A DNA stretch of 64,000 bases from positions 49,826-113,825 of the forward strand of contig NVUH01000007.1 in assembly GCA_002401855.1 (NCBI GenBank). Reading direction: 5' to 3'. Below the pieces are notes generated by a model. The model ran no database searches and was not told the origin of the DNA. It worked only from the letters and a program-made list of their open reading frames with translations. The stretch comes from Hyphomicrobiales bacterium (GTDB lineage: Bacteria; Pseudomonadota; Alphaproteobacteria; Rhizobiales; OSC116). Positions 38,611 to 47,880 of the stretch are shown here, in pieces. Every line of letters starts with the position of its first letter. Position 1 is the stretch's first letter. A program made the position numbers and the translations under genes.

Positions 38611-39146
38611 TTGAATTCCTCAATAACTTCCAGTTCCCCATGGTGATCGCCGGGGACATTTTGTTTTAATAAATACCTGATGGCTTCAATAAAAAATTGA
38701 ATGGCAAAAGAAAGTAAGCCGATCGCAATAACGCCATAGAATGGCCATACTAATGGTGCCCACGGGCTAACGCTTTCAACCTCGGATGTGATGAATGCTT
38801 TCCATGCCTTTTGGCTCGCCACATAACCAAAAGTTGTAAAAATTGGGCCAAGAATTAGCATGTAGAATATACCGTTGATCCATTGCTGAACGCGCAGACT
38901 GAGTTTTGTTGAAAGAAAATCTATGCGCACATGAGCATCGTTGCGCAGTGTATAAGCGGCGCCTAACAGAAATATAGTTCCATTTAGCATATAGGAAATA
39001 TCAAAGGCCCATAATGTGGGTTGGTTAAACCCGTAGCGAGCAACAACTTCATAAATCATTGATGTTATCAATAAAATTACAATAAATTGAGCAACACCGC
39101 CCAATATGATTGATATTTTGTCTAGAGTGTTCAGTATTTTTTGCAT
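38607..39146 (-). CDS. dctQ: TRAP transporter small permease
   Basis: 4-TM protein; ATG 39146 preferred because TTG 39179 lies inside the hairpin at 39165-39198. Confidence 0.8.
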   Translation of the reverse strand: MQKILNTLDKISIILGGVAQFIVILLITSMIYEVVARYGFNQPTLWAFDISYMLNGTIFLLGAAYTLRNDAHVRIDFLSTKLSLRVQQWINGIFYMLILGPIFTTFGYVASQKAWKAFITSEVESVSPWAPLVWPFYGVIAIGLLSFAIQFFIEAIRYLLKQNVPGDHHGELEVIEEFK

Positions 39147-39164
39147 AAGTTTGGATCCGATTGG

Positions 39165-39198
39165 AACAACCAAATACAATATTCTGTATTTGGTTGTT
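39165..39198 (-). promoter_or_regulatory. Perfect 14-bp-stem hairpin between dctP and dctQ
   Basis: AACAACCAAATACA-ATATTC-TGTATTTGGTTGTT read directly; no U-tract. Confidence 0.5.
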
Positions 39199-39226
39199 TA
39201 AATATCAATGTAGAAATATTTACCGG

Positions 39227-40294
39227 TTATTTATTATCGGTTACTAAATAACCAGAATTTTCTGACCAGTTGGTTTGATATGCAAAATATGAATCCATTA
39301 CTTTTTGCATTGTATCATCACCATTAGCAGATAATTCCTTGGCCTTATTTCTAGCCCATTCGCGGCCAGCCACACGCAATTCTTCAACCACGGCTTTGTC
39401 GAGTTCAATAATTTCAACTTTCGTTTTTTTGTATTCAGCCATGGCATAAACATCGGCATGCCCAAAATGTGCATAGCTTTCGTAAGTTGTTAATTTTGCA
39501 GCTGCTTCAATTTGACGGCGTAATTGTTCTGGTAAGGCATCCCACTTCTCGGCTTTAATCACAACTTCCCACAAAAATGAAGGTTGATGAACTCCGGGGA
39601 GGATGATGTAAGGAGCGACTTCATGAAATCCTTCAGATAAGTTTGCCCCAGGAGTTGACCATTCAATTGCATCCACACCTTTTCTTTGTAATAAAGTATA
39701 TATTTCACCACCCGGCACTACGGTCGGCACGCCTTCATAGTTTTCTTTCACAACCGCAGCCCATGCGCCTGATGTTCTATATTTAAGTCCCTTAAAGTCG
39801 GCGGTTGTTCTAATTTCTACATTTGAATGAGCGAGAATTTCTGACGTTCCGATGCCGACGACTAATGAATGTAAACCCATTTTTTCGCGGCGAAAATCTT
39901 GCAACATTTTTTCTCCACCGCCATTATAAACCCAATGTAAAGTGGCTTCACCGCCCATGCCGCCGGGGAAACTAGCAAATATAGCATTGGTTGGGTCTTG
40001 GTTTACTAGATATGAAGGGGTGGAATGACCTGCATCAACTATGCCATCTTGAACGGCTTCAAAAACTTTAAATGCGGGTACAATGACGCCGGCACCAAAT
40101 GGTTGAATTTTAAGTTTTCCGCTGGTGATTATATCAACATTTGCGGCAAATCTTTCCATAAAGTTTTTGTAAAAGAATGAACCTTCTGATATGGCAGCTG
40201 GCATTCGCCAAGTAATTTCTGCAGATTGCGCGGCGGAAATGGAGCCAATACTTGCCATAAATATGGCTGGCATTAATAAAAATTTTAATTTCAT
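39227..40294 (-). CDS. dctP: TRAP transporter substrate-binding protein
   Basis: 355 aa, signal peptide MKLKFLLMPAIFMASIGSISAAQSA, DctP-family sequence. Confidence 0.9.
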   Translation of the reverse strand: MKLKFLLMPAIFMASIGSISAAQSAEITWRMPAAISEGSFFYKNFMERFAANVDIITSGKLKIQPFGAGVIVPAFKVFEAVQDGIVDAGHSTPSYLVNQDPTNAIFASFPGGMGGEATLHWVYNGGGEKMLQDFRREKMGLHSLVVGIGTSEILAHSNVEIRTTADFKGLKYRTSGAWAAVVKENYEGVPTVVPGGEIYTLLQRKGVDAIEWSTPGANLSEGFHEVAPYIILPGVHQPSFLWEVVIKAEKWDALPEQLRRQIEAAAKLTTYESYAHFGHADVYAMAEYKKTKVEIIELDKAVVEELRVAGREWARNKAKELSANGDDTMQKVMDSYFAYQTNWSENSGYLVTDNK

Positions 40295-40467
40295 AACAGT
40301 ATCCTTTTGATTTATTACTTCAGAATGAGAATGTGGTAATTAAGGTTGCTTTGGTGAGTATTGGTAATACTCATAAATATTTTTTTATCATTAAGCCCCT
40401 TGTTTATTTGGCCAATTGAAGTTTGAATAAACACCATTTATATTGGCTATTCATCAACGCTAGCATA

Positions 40468-40479
40468 ATTGTATACAAT
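40468..40479. promoter_or_regulatory. 12-bp perfect palindrome ATTGTATACAAT (GntR-type GT-N-AC operator candidate)
   Basis: Read directly in the 455-bp dctP / GntR divergent region, followed by half-repeat ATACAATT. Confidence 0.4.
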
Positions 40480-40749
40480 ATACAATTAACTTATAAAAAT
40501 ATTAATCCTAATGTATAATAGAAAAAAATCATATATATTACATTGTCTTAGGAAAGTTTTCTGTGTAATTTCGAAGTTTTTATTGTGCTAAATAATTAGC
40601 AAATAGAAAATAAGAGGGGCGGGAACTACCGTCGAGTTTTTCTTATATCTAATGGTTTTCGTGATTTTATTTAAGAATGCTTTGCATATAAAATTTTACA
40701 CGAGTGATGAAATATTCTATAGGGTTGCTGTATAACGAGGTGAAAAATA

Positions 40750-41406
40750 GTGGCAATTGCAAAAACAATTAAAAGACGAACACTAGCGGACGAGTCGTTT
40801 AATTTATTGAAGCAACGCATTATCTCTGGTTTTTATAAACCTGATCATGCACTTCGACAAGATGAGTTGGCTAAGGAATTAGGTGTTAGTCGAATTCCTC
40901 TACGTGAAGCACTCCTAAAACTCGAAGCAGATGGCTTGATTGATATTCTGGCTCATAAAGGCGGTATTGTACGTGCCTTATCCTTTGATAAAGCACAAGA
41001 ATTGTTTGACCTTAGAATTTTAATTGAATGTGATTTGATCGTTAAGTCGGTTCCAAAAATGACATCTGAAAATTTTGCAAATGCCGAAATTGCCTTAAAA
41101 GAATTTGATAAAATTGCTTTAAATGAGGAAAATATTGAGGATTGGACAGAATTAAATTGGCAATTTCATTATAAATTATATGAAGCCGCTGAAAAAGAAG
41201 AAACAATTAAGATATTGAAAAGTTTGCATTCAAACTGTGACCGTTATATCCGTAAGCAATTATTGGTTGCCGGCGCAGGAAACCAAGCTCATAAACAACA
41301 TATGAAATTGCTAGAATATTGTAAATCCGGCGACGTTTCTGCAGCAGTTGGGGAGTTAAAAAGCCATATTACAGAGGTTTTTAATGGAATAGGAGAGTTT
41401 GTCTGA
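40750..41406 (+). CDS. GntR/FCD-family transcriptional regulator
   Basis: 218 aa; ELAKELGVSRIPLREALLKLEADGLI HTH; GAGGTG SD before GTG. Confidence 0.85.
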   Translation: MAIAKTIKRRTLADESFNLLKQRIISGFYKPDHALRQDELAKELGVSRIPLREALLKLEADGLIDILAHKGGIVRALSFDKAQELFDLRILIECDLIVKSVPKMTSENFANAEIALKEFDKIALNEENIEDWTELNWQFHYKLYEAAEKEETIKILKSLHSNCDRYIRKQLLVAGAGNQAHKQHMKLLEYCKSGDVSAAVGELKSHITEVFNGIGEFV

Positions 41407-41564
41407 TTGCCGAACTATTGAAGATTATGGTATATCTTTTAATGAATTATTGGTAAAATGAAGGACACTATATTCCGAAGCCGATATTATTTGCAAAGAG
41501 AAAAAAATGTGAGGCGCACCCAATTTTAAAAGCCTATAAAAATGACCACTTGCTAAAATTTAAT

Positions 41565-41592
41565 TGTTTTATAGAATAGGGTGTCATAAAAC
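41565..41592. promoter_or_regulatory. Inverted repeat GTTTTAT-N13-ATAAAAC containing core TGTTTTATA
   Basis: Read directly about 30 nt upstream of the IclR ATG; same 9-mer as at 49123, 49142 and 55866. Confidence 0.4.
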
Positions 41593-41622
41593 TAAGCAGT
41601 AACCAATTGATATCAGGTGGTA

Positions 41623-42423
41623 ATGAGTAATTTTCAAAAACATAAAAATCACGACACTTATTTTGTTCCGGGTCTTTTTCGCGGGCTAAGAGTGTTGGAA
41701 ATTTTGGCCGAACACGAAGCACCTATGTCAACCAGTGAGTTGGCGCGCGAAATGAAAATTAGCCGCTCATCGGCATTTAGGTTGGTCTATACGCTTAATT
41801 ATATGGGCTTCACGCAAAACGCCAAAGGTTCACAAGATGTCGAACTTGGGGGGCGGGTGCTCAATTTAGGTTTTTCATTTTTGGCTTCACAAAAAATGGT
41901 TCAAACCGCACGTGATGATTTGAAAACACTGCGTGATGAAACAAAGATTTCTAGCCATATGGCAATATTGGAATCAAAAGAAGTGTTGTTTTTAGAGTGT
42001 ATTCAATCAAAATCAGGCCATTTAAGCAACGTCAATGTTGGGCGTCGTATGCCAGCTTATCAATCGCCATTGGGGTGGATATTGTTATCCGATCTCACCA
42101 GCCGTAAATTGATGGCACTTTATAAAGATGTTGAAATGATCCAGTTGACAGACAAAACACCCAACACGCCCAACATGTTGGTAAACGCAATCAATAAGGC
42201 GGCAGAAACAGGCATTGTGGTGAGTTATGGCGCGGTGGGCAAAGATGGCATATCAATTTCAGCACCGATATTTGATAAAGATGGCGCCATCATTGCCGCC
42301 ATTGATATTTCGGGCCCCAATGCGGCATTTGATATGAATGTGATAGAAAGCTTTTACATTCCTAATGTCGAAAAAGCCGCACAAAATATTTCCTCACGGC
42401 TGGGATATATTGGCAATTCCTAA
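41623..42423 (+). CDS. IclR-family transcriptional regulator
   Basis: GLFRGLRVLEILAEHEAPMSTSELAREMKISRSSAFRLVYTL; AGGTGG SD before ATG 41623. Confidence 0.85.
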   Translation: MSNFQKHKNHDTYFVPGLFRGLRVLEILAEHEAPMSTSELAREMKISRSSAFRLVYTLNYMGFTQNAKGSQDVELGGRVLNLGFSFLASQKMVQTARDDLKTLRDETKISSHMAILESKEVLFLECIQSKSGHLSNVNVGRRMPAYQSPLGWILLSDLTSRKLMALYKDVEMIQLTDKTPNTPNMLVNAINKAAETGIVVSYGAVGKDGISISAPIFDKDGAIIAAIDISGPNAAFDMNVIESFYIPNVEKAAQNISSRLGYIGNS

Positions 42424-42429
42424 TTGTTT

Positions 42430-43227
42430 TTAAAACCGCCCGCAATCTATTTTGGCTTTGTCTCCCGTGATGGCAGATGACGCATCAGAGGCATAATATA
42501 ACGCGGCATAACCGACCTCTAACGGGTCTACCCAACGTTTTAGGGCGGCAGGGTCGGTATAGTTTTCTTTCACGATGTCTTCGGTAGGGCGGCCTTCTGC
42601 AACGCTGCGTTTGGCTAATATCCTATCCATATTATCACCATAAACGGCACCTGGCATCAAAACATTACATCTAACGCCAAACTCTCCAACTTCGCGGGCA
42701 AGAGTTTCCGTCATGCCAACAAGTGCGAATTTAGAGGCACAATAGGCGCTGCGCATCGGGTAGCCTTGTATGCCCATTAATGATGACATATTGATGATAG
42801 ACCCGCTTTTTTGTCCGCACATAATTTTGCTGGCGGCTTTCATGCAATATACCGCGCCAAACAGGTTAACCTCCATACAAGCGCGCCATGCTTCAATGTC
42901 CAAATCTGCCATTGTAGCAATCGGCCCTGGGCCGCCCGCATTATTCACTAAAATGTCTATTTTCCCCGTTATCTTTAAAGCTTGGGCGAACAGGTTTTCG
43001 ACATCTTGCCAATTGGATACATCGCACTTTATGGCTGTGCCATTGACTAATTTAGCCACCACTTCTAATTTATCCATGCTTCGGCCTGCCACAACCACAT
43101 GTGCACCTGCTGCGGCAAAAATTTCGGCGCAGGCTTTGCCAATACCACTGCCACCACCAGTTATTATGGCAAGTTTTCCATCTAGGCGGGTGCGTTTTGC
43201 AATATCGTTATTAATATGAAATGTCAT
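42430..43227 (-). CDS. Short-chain dehydrogenase/reductase (SDR)
   Basis: ITGGGSGIGKA cofactor motif and YCASK active-site region; start abuts upstream stop. Confidence 0.85.
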   Translation of the reverse strand: MTFHINNDIAKRTRLDGKLAIITGGGSGIGKACAEIFAAAGAHVVVAGRSMDKLEVVAKLVNGTAIKCDVSNWQDVENLFAQALKITGKIDILVNNAGGPGPIATMADLDIEAWRACMEVNLFGAVYCMKAASKIMCGQKSGSIINMSSLMGIQGYPMRSAYCASKFALVGMTETLAREVGEFGVRCNVLMPGAVYGDNMDRILAKRSVAEGRPTEDIVKENYTDPAALKRWVDPLEVGYAALYYASDASSAITGDKAKIDCGRF

Positions 43228-44328
43228 TTATTTTCCAGTTTCGGTAAATTGCCTGTTGGGGTTGAAAAGCGGTAATTCTAATTCATTGCCCAAAATATAA
43301 TCACCCATTAATTTGGATATATAGGGCCCAATGGTAAAGCCACCGCGAACGCATCCCAATATATAGGCATTGGCAATGTTGCCCAATGCACCTGCGAGTG
43401 GGTAAAAATCGGGCACATTGGCCTCAAAGCCAGTCCAAGATCGGATGATCCTCAACGCCGATAAAGCGGGCAGAGCATATTGCGCCAGTTGAATGTTTGG
43501 AATTAAGGTCTGGGCATGCACTTTGCCGCGGCCTTCATTCGGGCTACCCGTGCCTTGCCATCCGCCGCCAATTAAAATACTGCCATTGGCTTTTTGTTTC
43601 ATGGTCAATAAACCTGTCGCATGGCCAATCACATTGCTTATTAATGTCGGACTACGCTCAGTGACTGAAACGGTATTCACTCTGGCCTGAATTGGTAAAT
43701 CAACATCAAGCAGAGCCGCCGCTTGCTTCATCCATCCGCCACACGCAAGCAAAAGGCGCTTGGCTTTATATTGTTGGCTTTCAGTATGGACGCTAAAGCC
43801 TTTGTCAGAGTGATCAATTTTAACGATTTGGTTTTGTTCAAGATAATCAACAGAGGAATGATTTAACAAATTTCGATAATATTGCCCAGTTAAGGAACTG
43901 TTTGCATAACCGTCATCGGCACAATAGCTAACAGCCATAACTTTTTTGCTGATATTGGGTTCATTTTCAAACAATATTTGTGGTGAAACAAACTCAATAT
44001 TCGCGCCCGCTTCGCGTTTTAATGTCATTCGTTCTTCTAGCAATTTGGCTTCTCGCTGGTTAAAAGCCAGTGTATAGCCACCTGTTTTGACAAACCCAAC
44101 TTTATCGCCCATTTTTTGCCATTCATGATGGCCTTTAAGGGCATAAGGCATCAACTTCACACGCTTAATTTGCAATGATAATGTGCCCGCATTCACACCC
44201 GATGCCCCTTGGCCAATGTCATCTTTTTCGAGCAATATGACCGACATGCCTGCTTCGGCTAAATGCAAAGCAGTTGCGCAGCCCATTATACCGCCACCAA
44301 TGATGGCTATGTCATAATTTTTGGTCAT
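43228..44328 (-). CDS. FAD-dependent oxidoreductase, DAO family (HcnC / opine-oxidase B / D-Hyp dehydrogenase beta-like)
   Basis: 366 aa; YDIAIIGGGIMGCATALHLAEAG dinucleotide fold. Confidence 0.8.
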   Translation of the reverse strand: MTKNYDIAIIGGGIMGCATALHLAEAGMSVILLEKDDIGQGASGVNAGTLSLQIKRVKLMPYALKGHHEWQKMGDKVGFVKTGGYTLAFNQREAKLLEERMTLKREAGANIEFVSPQILFENEPNISKKVMAVSYCADDGYANSSLTGQYYRNLLNHSSVDYLEQNQIVKIDHSDKGFSVHTESQQYKAKRLLLACGGWMKQAAALLDVDLPIQARVNTVSVTERSPTLISNVIGHATGLLTMKQKANGSILIGGGWQGTGSPNEGRGKVHAQTLIPNIQLAQYALPALSALRIIRSWTGFEANVPDFYPLAGALGNIANAYILGCVRGGFTIGPYISKLMGDYILGNELELPLFNPNRQFTETGK

Positions 44329-44334
44329 AATTTC

Positions 44335-45762
44335 CTATAAAGGCGCGGGCGCGGGAATGGGCAAATCATCATAATCAAAATTTTGAGCGATGGCACTGAT
44401 TGGCAAAGGACGTAACGGCGGGCGGTGTGTCGCCAAGCCAATTTGTTGGCGGGTTTTACCCGATATGGTTTGGTTGATGAGCGCAACAACATCACTGCAA
44501 TAGCGCCCGCCACACGGCCCCATTCCACATCTTGTGCCAGATTTTATGGCATTTGGTGAGAGTGCGCCGCTTGATATTTCAATTTCTAATTGTTGGCGGC
44601 TGACCGTTTCACATCTACAGATGATGGCCGTTTGTTGCGTATTTTTAATCATACCAGCGCGCAACACCGTAAGCTTTGTTGTCGCAAGGCCAAATTTTGC
44701 CGCCGATTTCATTCTTGCCACAAGTCTGTCGGTATTTTCGGCGTTTGCAAGTTTTAGAAACTGCAAAACCGCAATGGCTGCAAGCTTGCCTCGGTACGGC
44801 GCTGCGCCTGCGCCATAAATACCCGCATTGTCTCCCGCCGCAAATAAACCAACTTTATCTGTGCGGCCAAAATCATCGGTTTTTACATGCCATCCGCCAA
44901 GCTCTGGCGTATATATATGAGTGGCATCAGCAAGCTTTGTCGCTTCTATAGCGGGGTTTAGGCCATGCCCCATGCACAAGCTGTCGGCTTTTATATTTGT
45001 TTTTCGCCCCTGACTTACTGAGCTCCAATTTGCATCGACACGCGAAATATTTACCGAATCAATGTGAGTGTCGCCGATAATTTCGGTAATTGTAGATTGC
45101 CAATATATAGGAGTTCTTGCTGCGGCTATTTTAGCCAACCATCCCGCGCCACGTAATAGTAAATCTGGCCTCGCCATCATGTTAATTGATGCTTTTGCCC
45201 AGTCTGTTTTGGAGTTTAATGATACAATCGCAGTTATTTTTCCGCCCAACCTCAATATTTCATATGCCGTAAAAATAAGCAAAGGGCCACAACCCGCAAC
45301 AATGGTTTGTTTACCAGGAATTGTTAAATGCTGCTTAAATAAAGCCGTGGCCGCAGCCAAGCCAATAACACCCGGTAATTGAGCGCCTACCACAGGTATA
45401 ACTCGTTCTTGCGCGCCTGTTGCGGCAATAATGGCTTTGCAAGTCGCATTGTGCAATTGGCCATTATTTAAATAACCAATATTCCACAAATCATCATTGT
45501 TTTTTTCAATTTGCCACACTCTTGCATTTGCAATGTGTAAAATATTGTTTGATTTTAAGTCACTGCGTAATTTATCGCCTGCGATGGTTTCTGGCGTTTT
45601 GGGTGCGCTTATAATACTAGGTGATTTTGCCCGCCAAACTTGCCCACCTGCTTCGGCTTGTTCATCAAGCATAAGTATTTTGGCGCCGGCTTTGGCCGCT
45701 TCCAAGGCTGCGTGGCTGCCTGCCGCGCCCGCGCCAATAATAATCAAGTCAAAGTCAGACAT
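44335..45762 (-). CDS. FAD/NAD(P)-binding oxidoreductase with BFD-like [2Fe-2S] Cys motif (HcnB / opine-oxidase A-like)
   Basis: FDLIIIGAGAAGS; ICRCE...RCGMGPCGGRYC; AGGGAGG SD before ATG 45762. Confidence 0.8.
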   Translation of the reverse strand: MSDFDLIIIGAGAAGSHAALEAAKAGAKILMLDEQAEAGGQVWRAKSPSIISAPKTPETIAGDKLRSDLKSNNILHIANARVWQIEKNNDDLWNIGYLNNGQLHNATCKAIIAATGAQERVIPVVGAQLPGVIGLAAATALFKQHLTIPGKQTIVAGCGPLLIFTAYEILRLGGKITAIVSLNSKTDWAKASINMMARPDLLLRGAGWLAKIAAARTPIYWQSTITEIIGDTHIDSVNISRVDANWSSVSQGRKTNIKADSLCMGHGLNPAIEATKLADATHIYTPELGGWHVKTDDFGRTDKVGLFAAGDNAGIYGAGAAPYRGKLAAIAVLQFLKLANAENTDRLVARMKSAAKFGLATTKLTVLRAGMIKNTQQTAIICRCETVSRQQLEIEISSGALSPNAIKSGTRCGMGPCGGRYCSDVVALINQTISGKTRQQIGLATHRPPLRPLPISAIAQNFDYDDLPIPAPAPL

Positions 45763-46078
45763 TTTTGCCTCCCTTGGCCTTTGGCTCCTCATATAACGAA
45801 CCAATGCTTTGTACAATTAACCCTTCAGATAATGCCACTTGGCAAGCTTCTATGCGCAATCCGCCTATCAACAATACACATTCTTGGCAGGTGCCCATAA
45901 AGCAAAACGCACCTCTTGCACTGCCATCGTGAGCCATTCGCGTGGTTATGATGCCATTTGCGGCCAAGGCAACAGTCACACTTTCGCCTAAATGACCAAA
46001 ATAAGTGGTTCCGTTGAAACTAAATTCAACCAGTTGGCTACGTTTAACTTTCGAACCTGTTTGCCTAAAAAAACGCAT
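45755..46078 (-). CDS. Small (2Fe-2S)-binding subunit (HcnA-like)
   Basis: FSFNG...GAFCFMGTCQECV; stop overlaps next start by 8 nt; start (46078 ATG or 46087 TTG) uncertain. Confidence 0.7.
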   Translation of the reverse strand: MRFFRQTGSKVKRSQLVEFSFNGTTYFGHLGESVTVALAANGIITTRMAHDGSARGAFCFMGTCQECVLLIGGLRIEACQVALSEGLIVQSIGSLYEEPKAKGGKNV

Positions 46079-46089
46079 GAAGTGCAACT

Positions 46090-46989
46090 TTATTGGTAAG
46101 AAATGTTGAGTGAATCAAAACATTTTTTAATTTTATCTATATCTACCTGCGTGGCTGCATTCACTGGCTCGCGAGGCACGCCAGCAGGCAGGCCAATTAA
46201 ATTTAACGCCGCCTTAAACGAGGCTGGCCACGTTGCCGTACTCATTAATAATTCATACAATACAGTTAAATCATAATGTAATTTTTTATATTCTTCATTC
46301 GGGCTTTGGGTGGCGATTTGAGATATACGCTTGGTTATATCGCCTAAAAATTCTGGCCCCGTGGCAATAAAACCTTTTGCACCCAAACCAATTGAAGGCA
46401 GTATATAATGGCATGGCCCGACCATAATAGACATTCTATCGGCAAACCTCTCAATTAAATGCGTGTGATGAAAAAAATCCCGTTGAGATTCTTTAATGCC
46501 AATAATCGGCGCGACATCTAAAATAGCCCCAATGTCATCGACAGACATATTAAGCCCCGCTCTGCGTGGTGAATTATAAGCAATAATCGGCAAATCGCAG
46601 CCAGCAGCTAGGTTCTCGAAGCGGGCTAACAATTCATCGCGAGTTGCTTTAAGCACATAAGTTTGCGGCATAGCCAAGATAGCCGAAGCTCCGTTTTCTT
46701 TGGCTTCGTGACAATAGGCAAGACTGGCTTTTAGGGTCGGTGCCGATACGCCCGTTATAATCGGCACACGGCCTGCCGATGTTTCAACGGCTAATTTCGT
46801 CAACCGCCCGCGTTCTTCTGGTGATAATGTCCAGCTTTCGCCATTGTCGCCCGAGACGCAAATGGCGGTTGCGCCATTGACAATGAGCCAATTGACGATT
46901 TCTTTAAAGTCATCCTCCATAATGTCGCCCGCTTTATTAAACGGTGTGACGACGGCAGGCACAAAGCCATGTAAATCTTGTTTTTGCAT
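46090..46989 (-). CDS. DHDPS-family protein (aldolase or Pyr4H2C-deaminase-like)
   Basis: 299 aa; GFVPAVVTPF...ICVSGDNGESWTLSPEER. Confidence 0.8.
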   Translation of the reverse strand: MQKQDLHGFVPAVVTPFNKAGDIMEDDFKEIVNWLIVNGATAICVSGDNGESWTLSPEERGRLTKLAVETSAGRVPIITGVSAPTLKASLAYCHEAKENGASAILAMPQTYVLKATRDELLARFENLAAGCDLPIIAYNSPRRAGLNMSVDDIGAILDVAPIIGIKESQRDFFHHTHLIERFADRMSIMVGPCHYILPSIGLGAKGFIATGPEFLGDITKRISQIATQSPNEEYKKLHYDLTVLYELLMSTATWPASFKAALNLIGLPAGVPREPVNAATQVDIDKIKKCFDSLNISYQ

Positions 46990-46992
46990 TTT

Positions 46993-47880
46993 TTAACTCT
47001 CATTTACGGAAATGTTGATGCGGTAAATTGCACCATATTGTGCTTCAATTATATATAATTCATTTTGGTTTTTTGGCTGAAAGGCAATGCTGGTTACCCA
47101 TAAACCTTGCGGTAAGCGTATGTCCAACAACAAGTCACCTAAAGGCGAATAAATATAAACGCGCCCCTTTTGGGCATGAGCAACGGCTAACTTATCATCT
47201 TCATTAATCGCCAACCCATCTGGGCCTAATCCTCCAGTTAGCTGTATATAATTGCCAACCATTGGGTATGTGGGTTCGGGTTTGTTGGTTTTAAACTTCC
47301 ACACTGCATTGGCGCGGGTGGCCGCTACAAAACAGCTTTGCCCATTGGGTGATGTCACAATCCCATTGGGGTAGGGGACATTGTTAAGGATGAGGCTCAA
47401 ACCATCTAAATTATTATATTTATATACGCAACCTGTCGGGTTAGAAAGGCTTGTGCGGCCACAGTCGGTAAAATAATAATCACCATTGGCTGCGATGGTT
47501 AAATCCGAAAGGCCTTTAAACGGCACTCCATTATAAGCAGTGACAATTGTTGATAGCTTATTTTTTTTCGGCGCGTATTTTACCAGACCTAACTTGTAAT
47601 CAACAATGATAAAATCGCCATTCTTATCTATTTTTATGGAATGTGGCTCACCGTCATATTGGTAGAATAATTGCCATTCACCAAGCTGGGTGATTTTAAA
47701 AATGCGTCCGTAAGGCACATCAACTAAATATAAATTGCCATCAGCATCAAATTCGGGGCCTTCAAGAAATGAATGTAAATTTTGCCCCGGTCTGGTCATT
47801 TTAACCCAGTCATTCGGCGCGCCTTTAAAATGCAGCTCTTCTGGCAATTGAGTGAACAGACTTGCGGTTATTTTTGCCAT
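46993..47880 (-). CDS. SMP-30/gluconolactonase/LRE-like beta-propeller protein
   Basis: 295 aa; LEGPEFDADGNLYLVDVPYGRIFKI, PNGIVTSPNG repeats. Confidence 0.8.
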   Translation of the reverse strand: MAKITASLFTQLPEELHFKGAPNDWVKMTRPGQNLHSFLEGPEFDADGNLYLVDVPYGRIFKITQLGEWQLFYQYDGEPHSIKIDKNGDFIIVDYKLGLVKYAPKKNKLSTIVTAYNGVPFKGLSDLTIAANGDYYFTDCGRTSLSNPTGCVYKYNNLDGLSLILNNVPYPNGIVTSPNGQSCFVAATRANAVWKFKTNKPEPTYPMVGNYIQLTGGLGPDGLAINEDDKLAVAHAQKGRVYIYSPLGDLLLDIRLPQGLWVTSIAFQPKNQNELYIIEAQYGAIYRINISVNES

